A DNA stretch of 64,000 nt from an uncultured Kiritimatiellota bacterium (GCA_944389545.1 CALXMT010000004.1:8201-72200), one strand, 5' to 3'. Numbered from the stretch's first letter, positions 1-9,285 are shown. Numbers and translations: made by a program. Notes: generated from the sequence alone by a model not told the origin.

Positions 1-1
1 G

Positions 2-508
2 GTGTTGATGGGTGTGGCCGGGGAGATTCTGGGTGCGCAGGCCGTTGGAACGGAAGGCGTGGACAAGCTCATTGACGTAATCAATGCTTCAGTGTGCGAT
101 ATCTCGGGGTGCTCCTGCCTGGCCGATCTCAACCTCTGCTACGCGCCGCCCTACGGTTCCGCGAAGTCGCCCGCGAACATGCTCGGCATGATTGTCGAGA
201 ACATCGACAACGCCCTCTCCAGCCCCCTCACGCCGGCGCAGATTCCCGAGGGTGCCTTCCTGCTGGATGTGCGCGAGCCCATGGAAGTGGCCGGCGGGAC
301 CATCCCGGGCGCGGTGAACATCCCGCTTGGCGACCTGCGTGACCGCCTCGGCGAGGTGCCCAAAGACCGCCCCGTCGTCGTCTTCTGCAAGGTCGGCCAG
401 CGCGGTTACTTTGCCGAGCGCATTTTGGTCCAGCGCGGCTACAACGTCTTCAACCTCTCCGGCGGCTACACCACGTGGCTCGCCTATAAGAAGGCAGGAC
501 TCCTGTGA
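2..508 (+). CDS. 3' part of a pyridine-nucleotide-disulfide (CoA-disulfide-reductase-like) oxidoreductase with a C-terminal rhodanese domain; the 5' end lies outside the window
   Basis: The ORF runs from the window edge. 'LNLCYAPPYGSAKSPANMLGMIVEN' resembles the dimerisation end of FAD-dependent disulfide reductases. It is followed by a rhodanese-type 'VVVFCKVGQRGYFAERIL...NLSGGYTTW'. The stop overlaps the next start (GTGA at 505-508). Confidence 0.6.
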   Translation: MLMGVAGEILGAQAVGTEGVDKLIDVINASVCDISGCSCLADLNLCYAPPYGSAKSPANMLGMIVENIDNALSSPLTPAQIPEGAFLLDVREPMEVAGGTIPGAVNIPLGDLRDRLGEVPKDRPVVVFCKVGQRGYFAERILVQRGYNVFNLSGGYTTWLAYKKAGLL

Positions 509-1605
509 GAATCGTCCAAATCCTTCCCTCGCTCAATGACGGCGGCGTCGAGCGCGGTGTGGTCGACAGCAACCGTCTCTACGTCCGCGCGGGCCACGAG
601 AGCATCGTCATCTCCGCCGGCGGCAAACGCGTCGCGCAGATCGAGGCCGACGGTGGCCGTCACGTGACGCTCGATATGCGCTCGAAGAACCCGCTCACCG
701 CGCCTTGGCGCGCCTGGGCCCTCCGCCGCGCCCTCCGTGAAATCCGCCCCGACATCGTGCACTTCCGTAGCCGTGTGCCGGGCTGGCTCACCCTCTGGGC
801 CAACCGCCCGCTCGGTCTGCCCACCGTCTCGACCATGCACGGCCTCAACCACCCCGGCCTCTACAGCAGCGTGATGGTGCGGGCCGACCGTGTCATCTGC
901 GTCTCGACCGCCGGACGCGCCTTCGTCCGCGAGCACTATCCCTGGGTGCCCGAGGACCGCCTCGCTGTCATCCCGCGCGGCGTGGACCTCGAGACCTTCG
1001 ACCCCGCCCGCCTCGATGCCGCGTGGCAGGACGACTTCCGCAAGCGCTGGGGGCTGGAGGGCAAGTTCGTCGCCCTTGTCGTTGGCCGCGTCTCCCGCCT
1101 CAAGGGCGTGGACGTCCTCATCCGCGCCGTGGCCGAACTTAAAGCGTCCTGGCCGGAACTCGTCGCACTCGTCATCGGCGGCCCCCAAAAGCACCAAGAG
1201 GACTACCTCGACGAACTCAAGGCCCTCGCCCGTGACCTCGCCGTGCAGGACCGCGTCGTCTTCACCGGCAGCCAGACCCATATCCCCGAGATCGACGCCC
1301 TCGCCGACGTCCTTTGCTCCTGCAACGTCAGCAAACCGGAAAGCTTCGGTCGCACCGTCGCCGAGGCCCTCGCCATGGAGACCCCCGTCATTGCGGCGGC
1401 CCACGGCGGCGTCCTCGACATCGTCCGCGATGGTCAGGACGGCTTCCTCGTCCCCCCCGGCGATGCCCACGCCCTGGCCCAGGCCCTCCTTCGCGTCCGC
1501 GACACGGCCTTCGGCCCCCTGCGCCCCCACATCGCCGACACCTTCACCGCCGAAAAGATGGCCCAATCCACCCTCGCCCTCTACCAAGCCCTCCTCTCCC
1601 GGTAG
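505..1605 (+). CDS. Group 1 (GT4-like) glycosyltransferase
   Basis: 366 aa with a GTG start. The N-terminus reads 'ILPSLNDGGVERGV'. The C-terminal half has the GT-B signature 'SKPESFGRTVAEALAMETPVIAAAHGGVLDIVRDGQDGFLVPPGD'. Confidence 0.8.
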   Translation: MRIVQILPSLNDGGVERGVVDSNRLYVRAGHESIVISAGGKRVAQIEADGGRHVTLDMRSKNPLTAPWRAWALRRALREIRPDIVHFRSRVPGWLTLWANRPLGLPTVSTMHGLNHPGLYSSVMVRADRVICVSTAGRAFVREHYPWVPEDRLAVIPRGVDLETFDPARLDAAWQDDFRKRWGLEGKFVALVVGRVSRLKGVDVLIRAVAELKASWPELVALVIGGPQKHQEDYLDELKALARDLAVQDRVVFTGSQTHIPEIDALADVLCSCNVSKPESFGRTVAEALAMETPVIAAAHGGVLDIVRDGQDGFLVPPGDAHALAQALLRVRDTAFGPLRPHIADTFTAEKMAQSTLALYQALLSR

Positions 1606-1636
1606 TGCCCGGAGAAAATGGAAACCACAAAGACGT

Positions 1637-1690
1637 AGGCGCTCCGATGGAGCGCCTGCTGATTAGCTGAATTGACTGATTCGCTGATTG
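1637..1690. repeat. Hairpin AGGCGCTCC-GAT-GGAGCGCCT followed by tandem CTGATTRG units
   Basis: The same composite recurs at 6868-6912 (inverted) and at 32353-32400. Confidence 0.8.
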
Positions 1691-1818
1691 GACGGCGGCT
1701 TCGCCACTGGCCGCGACCGCTACTCACCGTTTCGCGCCTTATCAATTAAGGGATGCAGTTCTCAGGGGCACGCCGGCGCCTCGTCAATCAGACAATCTGC
1801 GACTCTCCCCTTTGGGCT

Positions 1819-2640
1819 TCATTCTGGGTTGATACGTGAGAGCGTTGCCTCCATCAAATCAAGCGGCTCGACAAGGGCGAAGAAGCGCTCCACGGCGGTG
1901 TTGACCCGCTTGATGTCGCGCTTGAGCGCATCCCGCAGAGACTTCTTGGTGATGTATTTCGGGGTGATCAGTTCGTTGAAGTGGGTCGTGAATTCTGCGA
2001 TACGGCCGGCATAGGCATAGGTGTCATCCGTGATCAGACGCAAAATGGAGAAGCGACGCTGCGGATTCTCGACCTCCTCGACGATGGCGTTGGCGAGGCG
2101 GAGGACTGTGGTCGGATCGGCGATTCCGAGGACAAACTGAAAATCTTCGATGATTCTGGTAGGGTCGATGGCAATCCGGGGATCCCCCTCGAGGAGCGGA
2201 ACAAAGGAAATTGCCGTGTGGAGTTCATCGATTGCGGCGTTGACGAAGAGCGCACGGTCAAGTTGGGCGATCTGCTTCTCCAACTCCTCCGTGGGAATGC
2301 TGTCGATGGGGATGTTTTCATCCAGGGGCAGTTTCTCCGCCTCGCCGCAGGCCAATGGCATCAAGCGCGTGCACAGTTCGCCAATGGTTTCGGAGCGCCC
2401 CGGAATGCCGTGGCTCCGCCGTCCATAAAGCCAATCGCCTTCTTTGACCGTGATTTCGAGGTCGCCGGCAAAGGCGATGCGAATCCTGTCCTTCTCCGCA
2501 TCTTCCGCCGTGGTGCAGACACCCCGGATGTCCTGCCATTTGATGAGAAAGCCGCGGCTCCCGCATTTGGGCAGGAAGACGCCTTCCTCCACAAAGACGA
2601 CCGCATAACTGAGGAAATCGGGTTGGTTTGCTTCGCTCAT
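1819..2640 (-). CDS. Hypothetical protein, 273 aa, no family recognised
   Basis: A clean ORF with ordinary amino-acid composition, unlike the Arg/Pro/Gly-rich antisense ORFs around it. The DNA is visibly less GC-rich than its neighbours. It is flanked by CTGATTRG/hairpin repeat modules. Confidence 0.55.
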   Translation of the reverse strand: MSEANQPDFLSYAVVFVEEGVFLPKCGSRGFLIKWQDIRGVCTTAEDAEKDRIRIAFAGDLEITVKEGDWLYGRRSHGIPGRSETIGELCTRLMPLACGEAEKLPLDENIPIDSIPTEELEKQIAQLDRALFVNAAIDELHTAISFVPLLEGDPRIAIDPTRIIEDFQFVLGIADPTTVLRLANAIVEEVENPQRRFSILRLITDDTYAYAGRIAEFTTHFNELITPKYITKKSLRDALKRDIKRVNTAVERFFALVEPLDLMEATLSRINPE

Positions 2641-2741
2641 GATTTAACAGGTCTTTCTTGGGTGTCGTTTTGCGTATTCCGTTCACTGGGCGCGCCGGCG
2701 CCCCGCCAATCAGCCAATCAGCGGGGCGGCGCGAGCCGCCC

Positions 2742-5700
2742 CTAGCGGGCGATGGCGTCGTTGAGGGCCTTGAGGTCGGCGCGGTCGCGGGGGGTGAGGG
2801 TGGCGCCGAGGGAGACGCGGAGGGTGTCGGCGATGCGGCGGGCCTCGTCTTTCTTGCCGTCGCCGAGGGCGATCCAGGCATCGACGAAGCCGATGCGGGG
2901 GTCGATGGTGAGCTTGAGCTTCTTGGCGATGTCGCGGGACTGTTGGAGGGCTTCGCGGGCCTCCTCGAGCTTGCCGGCGCGGACCAAGGTGAGGGCATAG
3001 GTGGCGCGGAGGACGTAGTTCGCGGGGGCGAGACGGAGGGAGGCGTCCTCGGCGATGCGGACGGCCTTGGCGCGGTCGTCGGGGTTGTCGGAGCGCGCGA
3101 GGGTCTCGGCGTAGTTGTTGAGCAGTTCGAGGCCGGAGGCCTGGCCGAGGGCGTCATAGGCCTGGCCGAAGTAGCGGCAAGCCTCGGTGAAGTGGGCCTC
3201 TTCCATACGCTGGGTGCCGATGACGAAGTTGGCGAAGGGGTTGGCGGGCTCATCGCGGAGGATGGCGAAGGCGTCGGTCTCGGCGGCGGATTTGTCGCCC
3301 AGGCGGCGGTCGATGTGGAGGATGCTTTCGAGGAGGCGGCTGCGGATGCGCGGGCGGAGGGTGTAGGCGCGGTGGTAGTGGTCGCGGGCCTCTTTCCACC
3401 GCTCGCGCGCGGCGGGGGGCAGGGTGGCGGAGGAGACGGCGCCGGCCTCGGCCTTGAGCGCCGCGGACTGGACCAGGCGCCCGCGGATGATGGCTGCGAA
3501 GTAGGCATCCTGCCCGGTGGCCTGGGAGAGATGCGCGATGTAACCATTGGCGACGCGGTAGTGTTCCTCGGCGCGGGTCTCGTTGTGGGCGGCGCCGGCC
3601 TTGTCGCCGCGCTCGATTTCGATCATGGCGAGCATGGCCCAGCCGTCAAGGGCCTCCGGGTTGGCCTTGAGATAGGCGGCGATCTCCTTCGCGGCGCCGT
3701 CCAGGTCGCCCATGGCCATGAGATAGGCCGCTTGGTCGAAGACCAAGGGCGTGAGCGGGTGCTTGGCCTCGGCGAGGGCCTGTTGGGCGCGCACCAGGAG
3801 GCGCGCGGCCTCGGCGGGGTCGCCCTCGCGCAGGGCGATGCGGGTCAGCCCCTGCAGGGCCTCGGCGCGGAAGAAGGCGTTGCCTTGGCCTTCGGCCTCC
3901 TTCAGAAGCCCTTCGTAGGCTTCCTTGTGGAAGTCCGTCTGCCCCTTGAGGGCCTCGATGGCGCCGGCGGTGTCCTTGGCGATGAGGCAGGCGTCGGCGC
4001 GGGAGAGGGAGACGGCGAGGTCGGCCTTGGCGGCCTCGAAGTCGCGCAGGTAGGCATCGACGACGGCCCCGGCGCGGGCCAGGTATTGGCCGGCCTCTTG
4101 CAGATTGCCCCGCTGGAGGGCCAGGCGGGCCAGGCCGCGCAACGACTCGAAGTTGTCGGGATCGTACTTCAGCACGCCGCGATAGAGCGCCTCGGAGCTC
4201 TCCAGCTGGCCGTGGAGTTCGTAGACGGCGGCGGTGGCGACGTTGATGTTGGCAAGGGAGGCGTCGCCCAACGTGGCGCGGCGGCCGCCCAGGTAGGAGA
4301 GGACGGCCTCTGGCGCGGCGGTGGCGGCCCAGCCCCACCCGCGTTGCACAAAGAAGGCGTAGTTGCGGATGTAGCCGTGGATGTAGCCCACCGAGCCGAA
4401 GTCATAGCGGCGGCCGGTCTCCTGCAACGCCTTGGCAAAGGCCTCGAAGTCCTTCCGAATCTCCTCGCGGTGCTCGGGCAGGAGGTCCCGCTCGACGCAG
4501 AGGTAGAAGGCGTTGAGCTTGGCCGAGAGGTTCTCCGGATTGGCCTTGAAGGCGTAGTAGTAGCAGTCGGCGGCCTGGGCCAGACGCTTCTGTGCGGTGG
4601 CCGCCAGGGTCTGCGCCTCATCGGTGCGGCCCTGGTGTGCGGCCTCGAGGGCGTTGGCCTCGGCCAGTGCGCCCTGGTCGTTGAGCCACACACCCTGGTT
4701 GTTGGCCATGAAGGCGAGGTGCCGGCGGACGGCGCCCTGCGTGCTGCGGTTCAGGTCCCACCACGGGAGGGGCTCGCCCTCCACCACCGCCGCCCAACGC
4801 GCCTGCAGGTCGCGTTGCGCCGCGATGAGGGCCTCCACCTCCGCCTCGGGGGCCAAACGCTGCGCGGGCGTGGGCAGATAGAAGGTCCCCATGGGCAGGG
4901 CCCGTTGCGCGCCGGCCCCGACGGCTTCCGTGCCGCGGTGCGCGTCGAGGGCGGACCAGACGTCGGCCAGGTCATAGGCCGCCGCGATTTCACGCACGTT
5001 CGGCTGCGCCTTGAAGAAGTCCTCCACGAAGACATAGAAATTGTAGTCCAGCAGGTGGGTCAGACGCTGCCGGTCCCCCACGCCCAGCACGGGGTCCTCC
5101 TCCAGCTGGCGCCGCAGACGCGTGGCATAGGTGTTGCTCCGCAGAACGGCATCCAGCGCCTTCTCGGCCTCGGAGTCCGGCGCGGCCTCGTCCGTCCCCA
5201 AACGGTCTGCCAGCCGCGGCACAAAGAGGGTCAGCGGGAAGCCGCGTTCCTGCGCCACCAGCGCCAGGTGCGGGTCAATCACCCCCAGTCGCGAACCCAG
5301 CAGATAGGTGCGGTTCTCGCGTTGCAGGGCCTCCACCGTCTCGCCGGCGAAACGTGTCGCCATGCCCCGGTCCATCGCGCAAAAACGCTCGGTCTGCACC
5401 CAGCCCATCGTCGCGAGGCCCGCCACCAACGCCACAAAGGTCACGCCCCCAATGATGCGCCCCGCCTTCACGGGGGTCGGTTCACGGTGCGAGTCCGGGT
5501 CGGCATAGGCCGGGGCCTTCACAAAGAGCTGCACGCCCCAGCCAGCCACCAACATGCCGCAGGCCAATGCGCCGGTCCACCCCACGGCCAACGGCTGCGC
5601 CCCGACCATCAGCCAATTCGCCCAGGGCGACAGCACCTCCAGCCCCCACTGCAGGGTCGCCGCGCCCGCCGTGACCACCAGCCCGGCCACCGTCAGACCC

Positions 5701-6659
5701 GCCGAGCGCACATTGTCCATCAGCCGCCGCGCCACCCCCCAGGCCACCAACGGCAACGCCACGGCCCCGCCCAGATTGATCAGCCACGGGCCGTTGAACC
5801 ACCCCGTGATCGTCGGCAGGAAGATTTGCGCCAACACCTCGCGCTCCACCCCCCAGAGCATCGTCGGCGCAAGCCCCCCCGTCACACGCCACGTGTTGAA
5901 GGCCAGCATCGCGCCCGCGCCCAACGCCAAACCCAAGAACCAAATCGGCAGATTCTTCGCGCTGTGGTCCCACAGACGCCACTCCGTCATCAACGCCCGC
6001 AGGAAGAGTACCGGCAGGAAGAGCAGCACCCACGGCGTCTCCATTGCGCACACGCCCAGCACAATGGCCGCCACCGCCATCCACCGCCGCCGCCCGGCGC
6101 TCATCGCATAGATGTTCTGCAGCACCACGCAGAGCAGCAGCAACATGAAGCCCCACGCGTTGAAGGTCAGCGCCGTCGCGCCATAGAGGCCCGGCATCGT
6201 GAAAGTCAGCGTCAGGCAGGTCGCGCTCGCGGCCAACCAGGCCCACCGCATCTTGACAAAGCGCCCCATCTCCTCCCCCAAGCCGTCCAGACACCAGAAG
6301 CGCACCAGCAGCCACGTCAGCATCACCGTCAGCCCCATCACCGCCGCGCCCAACAGGTTCAGCGCCCCCATCGAAGGCACCGCCCCAAACGCCCCCGCCA
6401 GCGACCACAACAGCGGGTGGCTCGCCCACAACACATTCTGCGGCCCCACAAAATCCATCACCACCGGCGACCCCGAGAGCGCCGCCAGCGCCGTCGTGTT
6501 CTCGCCCGGCACCGCAAAGTCGCCCCCCAACACCGCGCCCAGCGCGAACGCCACCAACCCAAATCCCAGCGCCCACAGCACTGCCCGCAGCCGGTAACGC
6601 CACCGCGGCGCCTCCGGATAAGGACGCGAACACAAATATTCCAGCAATGACCTAAACAT
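2742..6659 (-). CDS. Large membrane-anchored TPR-repeat protein: N-terminal polytopic domain (possibly DUF2723/PMT-like) plus a long TPR region
   Basis: The ORF is 2742..6749. I prefer the ATG at 6659 ('MFRSLLEY'), which is preceded by GGAGG. About 450 aa of multiple hydrophobic helices are followed by ~850 aa of TPR-like helical repeats ('EALYRGVLKYDPDNFESLRGLARLALQRGNLQEAGQYL'). Confidence 0.75.
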   Translation of the reverse strand: MFRSLLEYLCSRPYPEAPRWRYRLRAVLWALGFGLVAFALGAVLGGDFAVPGENTTALAALSGSPVVMDFVGPQNVLWASHPLLWSLAGAFGAVPSMGALNLLGAAVMGLTVMLTWLLVRFWCLDGLGEEMGRFVKMRWAWLAASATCLTLTFTMPGLYGATALTFNAWGFMLLLLCVVLQNIYAMSAGRRRWMAVAAIVLGVCAMETPWVLLFLPVLFLRALMTEWRLWDHSAKNLPIWFLGLALGAGAMLAFNTWRVTGGLAPTMLWGVEREVLAQIFLPTITGWFNGPWLINLGGAVALPLVAWGVARRLMDNVRSAGLTVAGLVVTAGAATLQWGLEVLSPWANWLMVGAQPLAVGWTGALACGMLVAGWGVQLFVKAPAYADPDSHREPTPVKAGRIIGGVTFVALVAGLATMGWVQTERFCAMDRGMATRFAGETVEALQRENRTYLLGSRLGVIDPHLALVAQERGFPLTLFVPRLADRLGTDEAAPDSEAEKALDAVLRSNTYATRLRRQLEEDPVLGVGDRQRLTHLLDYNFYVFVEDFFKAQPNVREIAAAYDLADVWSALDAHRGTEAVGAGAQRALPMGTFYLPTPAQRLAPEAEVEALIAAQRDLQARWAAVVEGEPLPWWDLNRSTQGAVRRHLAFMANNQGVWLNDQGALAEANALEAAHQGRTDEAQTLAATAQKRLAQAADCYYYAFKANPENLSAKLNAFYLCVERDLLPEHREEIRKDFEAFAKALQETGRRYDFGSVGYIHGYIRNYAFFVQRGWGWAATAAPEAVLSYLGGRRATLGDASLANINVATAAVYELHGQLESSEALYRGVLKYDPDNFESLRGLARLALQRGNLQEAGQYLARAGAVVDAYLRDFEAAKADLAVSLSRADACLIAKDTAGAIEALKGQTDFHKEAYEGLLKEAEGQGNAFFRAEALQGLTRIALREGDPAEAARLLVRAQQALAEAKHPLTPLVFDQAAYLMAMGDLDGAAKEIAAYLKANPEALDGWAMLAMIEIERGDKAGAAHNETRAEEHYRVANGYIAHLSQATGQDAYFAAIIRGRLVQSAALKAEAGAVSSATLPPAARERWKEARDHYHRAYTLRPRIRSRLLESILHIDRRLGDKSAAETDAFAILRDEPANPFANFVIGTQRMEEAHFTEACRYFGQAYDALGQASGLELLNNYAETLARSDNPDDRAKAVRIAEDASLRLAPANYVLRATYALTLVRAGKLEEAREALQQSRDIAKKLKLTIDPRIGFVDAWIALGDGKKDEARRIADTLRVSLGATLTPRDRADLKALNDAIAR

Positions 6660-6686
6660 AGGGACTCCTCCGTAGAAACATCCGCA

Positions 6687-6695
6687 AGTATACCA
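6687..6695 (-). promoter_or_regulatory. Candidate extended -10 element (TGGTATACT) for the TPR gene
   Basis: The minus strand reads TGGTATACT, 27 nt upstream of the ATG at 6659. The same TGnTATAnT pattern occurs upstream of several other genes in this window. Confidence 0.4.
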
Positions 6696-6732
6696 TAAGG
6701 GCGCGCCTGCGCGCCCTTGGAAAGCAAAAAAC

Positions 6733-7500
6733 AGAGCGTGCAGGCGCAAAGCGCCAAACCTTCCACGTTTGCAGAACGCGCGACCGGCGAAGCCGTTCCC
6801 TGGCGGCGCCAGCCGCGTCCTATATGTCCTATGCGTCCTATACGTCCTACCGCAACGTGCTTTCCAATCAGCTAATCAGCCAATCAGCCGGGCGCTCCAT
6901 CGGAGCGCCCATGTCTTCGTGGATAGTCAGTCGAGCGGCGTGGTGGCGGTGCCGGTGAGGCGGCGGGTTTCGCCGTCGAAGGAGAGGCCGATGAGGTGGA
7001 CCTCCTTGCCGCTGTGACGATAGGGCTCGGCATAGCCGTTGGCCTTAAGCTTCGCTCGTCGCCCCGCAGGAGCGTTCCGTGGCCGTGGAAGGTTTGGCCT
7101 GCGGGGCTGACATAAAGAACACAAAGAACCACGAAGAGGCACGAAGGACGGCTCAAGTGCGAAGCCGATGGGCGGGAGGGAGCGATCAGTGGGCGTTTAG
7201 CCCGCAAAGCGACCGGCGTTAGCCCATCAGGTTTCGCGCGCACTGGCGTCCTTGCGGGAAAAGAAGGGTTGTCGATTTCCCCGGACACTACTGCAAGCGC
7301 TTCGCGTCCATAGAGGGGCGCCACCCCACACCCCGGCTGGCACGCCTGCGACGTGCCAGGTACGACGGATGATGCTTCCCGAAAAACGCCAGAAACGCAA
7401 GGGATGGGCACGGTAGTGAGGCCCGGAGGGCCGAACGGTGAAGTGCCCAGGCCCTTGCGTTCCTTCGTGTCTTCGTGGAAATTTCTCCGGACAGTATTGG
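6733..7500. repeat. Mosaic intergenic repeat array
   Basis: Contains the 'gcgtgcagg..aaaccttccacg' module, a TCCTATRYG 9-mer tandem, CCAATCAG units plus a GGGCGCTCC hairpin, 'cacgaag' tandems, and the 'cggtagtgag..gaacggtgaag..cccttgcg' module that also occurs at 21640-21710 and inverted at 32400-32460. Confidence 0.85.
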
Positions 7501-7511
7501 GTGGCGGGATG

Positions 7512-7520
7512 TGCTATACT
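7512..7520 (+). promoter_or_regulatory. Candidate extended -10 (TGCTATACT) for gpmI
   Basis: TGCTATACT lies 31 nt upstream of the ATG at 7551, with a GAAAGGA Shine-Dalgarno-like site in between. Confidence 0.4.
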
Positions 7521-7550
7521 TATAGGCGACTTTCAGAAAGGAACCCAATC

Positions 7551-9110
7551 ATGTCCAAACGCCCTGTTTGCTTGATCATCCGCGACGGCTGGGGGATGAA
7601 TCCCCGTTTCGCCGGCAACTCCGTCTTCAATGCCAAGACCCCCGTCATCGACCGTCTGCGCGCGCGTTATCCGTGGTGCCGCATTGAGTGCTCGGGCGAG
7701 GAAGTGGGCCTGCCCGATGGCTACCAGGGCTCTTCCGAGGTGGGCCACCTGAACATGGGCGCGGGCCGCATCGTGGAGCAGGAGCTCAAGCGCATCGACG
7801 ATGGCCTCAAGAGCGGCGAGCTCTTCAAGAGCCCGAAGTGGGAGGCGCTCATCGCCAACTGGAAGGCCAACAACTCCCAGCTCCACCTCATGGGCCTGCT
7901 GCAGGACGAGGGCGTCCACGCCCACCAGGAGCACCTCTTCAAGATCATGCGCCGCGCCCGCCAGGAGTTCCCCGAGGGCCGCATCGTGGTCCATCCCTTC
8001 CTGGACGGCCGCGACACGCCCCCGCGCTCCACGCTGGAATACCTCGCCAAGCTCCAGGGCGTGATGACCGAGGTCGGCGGCTGCGTCATCGGCACGGCTA
8101 TGGGCCGCTACTACGCGATGGACCGCTCCAAGAACTGGGCGCTGACCTCCGAGGCCTTCGAGTGCCTGGTCGACGCCAAGGGCAAGCGCTTCGCCACCGT
8201 CGAGGAGGCCGTCAAGACCGCCTACGACACCGAGAAGACCCCCGACGGCGACCCGATGACCGATGAGTACATCCCCTGCTCCGTCATCGGCGATTACGCC
8301 GGCATCCAGGACGGCGACAGCGTGATGCACACCAACTATCGCCAGGATCGCGCCATCCAGCTGACCCAGGCCTTCGTGTGCGACGACTACGCTGGTGCGC
8401 GCCCCCGCCGCCCCAAGGTCGTCTACCTCGGCTTCACCCGCTACTGGGACGAGTTCAATGACTACCTCCTCGGCGCGATGGGCGGCGACGGCGCCATGGA
8501 TATGCTCCTGGGCGAGGTCGTCTCCAAGGCCGGCATCCGCCAGCTCCGCCTGGCCGAGACCCAGAAGTTCCGCCACGTCACCAGCTTCTTCAACGGCAAG
8601 AGCACCAAGCCCTACGAGGGCGAGGACCAGGTGGAAGTGCCCAGCCGCTTCGACCCCGCCACCTTCGCCTCGCACCCCGAGATGGAGGCCTACAACGTCA
8701 CCGACGAACTCCTCAAGCGCCTGGAGAACAACCCCTACGGCTTCATCGTGGTGAACTATGCCAACTGCGACATGGTCGGCCACACCGGCAACCTCGAGGC
8801 CGCCACCCGCGCCGTCGAGATCGTCGATGAGTGCATCGGCAAGGTGCTCCCCCGCCTGATGGAGCTCGACGCCCACGTCCTCATCACCGCCGACCACGGC
8901 AACGCCGAGCAGATGGTCGACTACGCCACCGGCATGCCCAAGACCTCCCACACCCTCAACAAGGTCGAGTGCATCTACGTGGCCAAGGACGCCGACCTGC
9001 GCACCATGCGCCCCGATGGCAAGCTCTCCGACATCGCCGTCACCTGCCTGGACCTCCTCGGCCTCGAGAAGCCCGTCCAGATGACCGCCGACGACCTCTT
9101 CGTCAAGTAA
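7551..9110 (+). CDS. gpmI: 2,3-bisphosphoglycerate-independent phosphoglycerate mutase
   Basis: 'LIIRDGWGMN...TPVIDRL', 'GLPDGYQGSSEVGHLNMGAGRIVEQ', 'NYANCDMVGHTGN' and 'ITADHGNAE' are the classical iPGM motifs. The start is taken at 'MSKRPVCL'. The upstream extension from 7353 runs through repeat DNA. Confidence 0.9.
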   Translation: MSKRPVCLIIRDGWGMNPRFAGNSVFNAKTPVIDRLRARYPWCRIECSGEEVGLPDGYQGSSEVGHLNMGAGRIVEQELKRIDDGLKSGELFKSPKWEALIANWKANNSQLHLMGLLQDEGVHAHQEHLFKIMRRARQEFPEGRIVVHPFLDGRDTPPRSTLEYLAKLQGVMTEVGGCVIGTAMGRYYAMDRSKNWALTSEAFECLVDAKGKRFATVEEAVKTAYDTEKTPDGDPMTDEYIPCSVIGDYAGIQDGDSVMHTNYRQDRAIQLTQAFVCDDYAGARPRRPKVVYLGFTRYWDEFNDYLLGAMGGDGAMDMLLGEVVSKAGIRQLRLAETQKFRHVTSFFNGKSTKPYEGEDQVEVPSRFDPATFASHPEMEAYNVTDELLKRLENNPYGFIVVNYANCDMVGHTGNLEAATRAVEIVDECIGKVLPRLMELDAHVLITADHGNAEQMVDYATGMPKTSHTLNKVECIYVAKDADLRTMRPDGKLSDIAVTCLDLLGLEKPVQMTADDLFVK

Positions 9111-9270
9111 CAAACAAGAGAACAGAGAACAGAGAACGGAGAACAGAGCGCGCGCAAGCGCGCGACGGGCGAATCCCAGCCCGACTGTTACTCCGTCGCC
9201 CCGGAGGGGCGCCTCTGTTTTCTGTTCTCCGTTCTCTGTTTTCTAGGGCGCGTTAGCGCCCTTCCCCTAA
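9111..9270. repeat. Inverted GAGAACR heptamer arrays flanking GC hairpins
   Basis: A forward array sits at 9118-9148 and a reverse array at 9212-9244. Between and after them are the hairpins CGCGCGC-AA-GCGCGCG, GCCCC-GGA-GGGGC and AGGGCGC-GTTA-GCGCCCT. Confidence 0.85.
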
Positions 9271-9285
9271 TCGCAGGTTCTCCTT

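Noticed and set aside
2658-6650. A 1330-aa plus-strand ORF antisense to the TPR gene
   Set aside because: Its composition is Gly/Ala/Arg/Pro/His-rich low complexity with no motifs. It is a typical stop-free antisense frame in high-GC DNA, and the minus-strand frame has clear TM and TPR features.
6927-7142. A possible coding remnant ending '...ANGYAEPYRHSGKEVHLIGLSFDGETRRLTGTATTPLD' on the minus strand
   Set aside because: The last ~40 residues look protein-like, but there is no credible start. The upstream part is repeat-derived and I recognise no family, so I cannot support it as a gene or pseudogene.
7353-7550. N-terminal extensions offered by the ORF track for gpmI (from 7353). The same applies to ppk1 (from 55199), the ImmA fusion (to 59831), rpoD (to 25800), infB (from 16708), ribF (from 20303), truB (from 18687), the 617-aa membrane protein (to 49693) and the TRL lipoprotein (to 51057).
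   Set aside because: The extensions run through repeat DNA or the preceding gene and have junk composition. Internal starts give canonical N-termini, often with a Shine-Dalgarno site or start/stop overlap.
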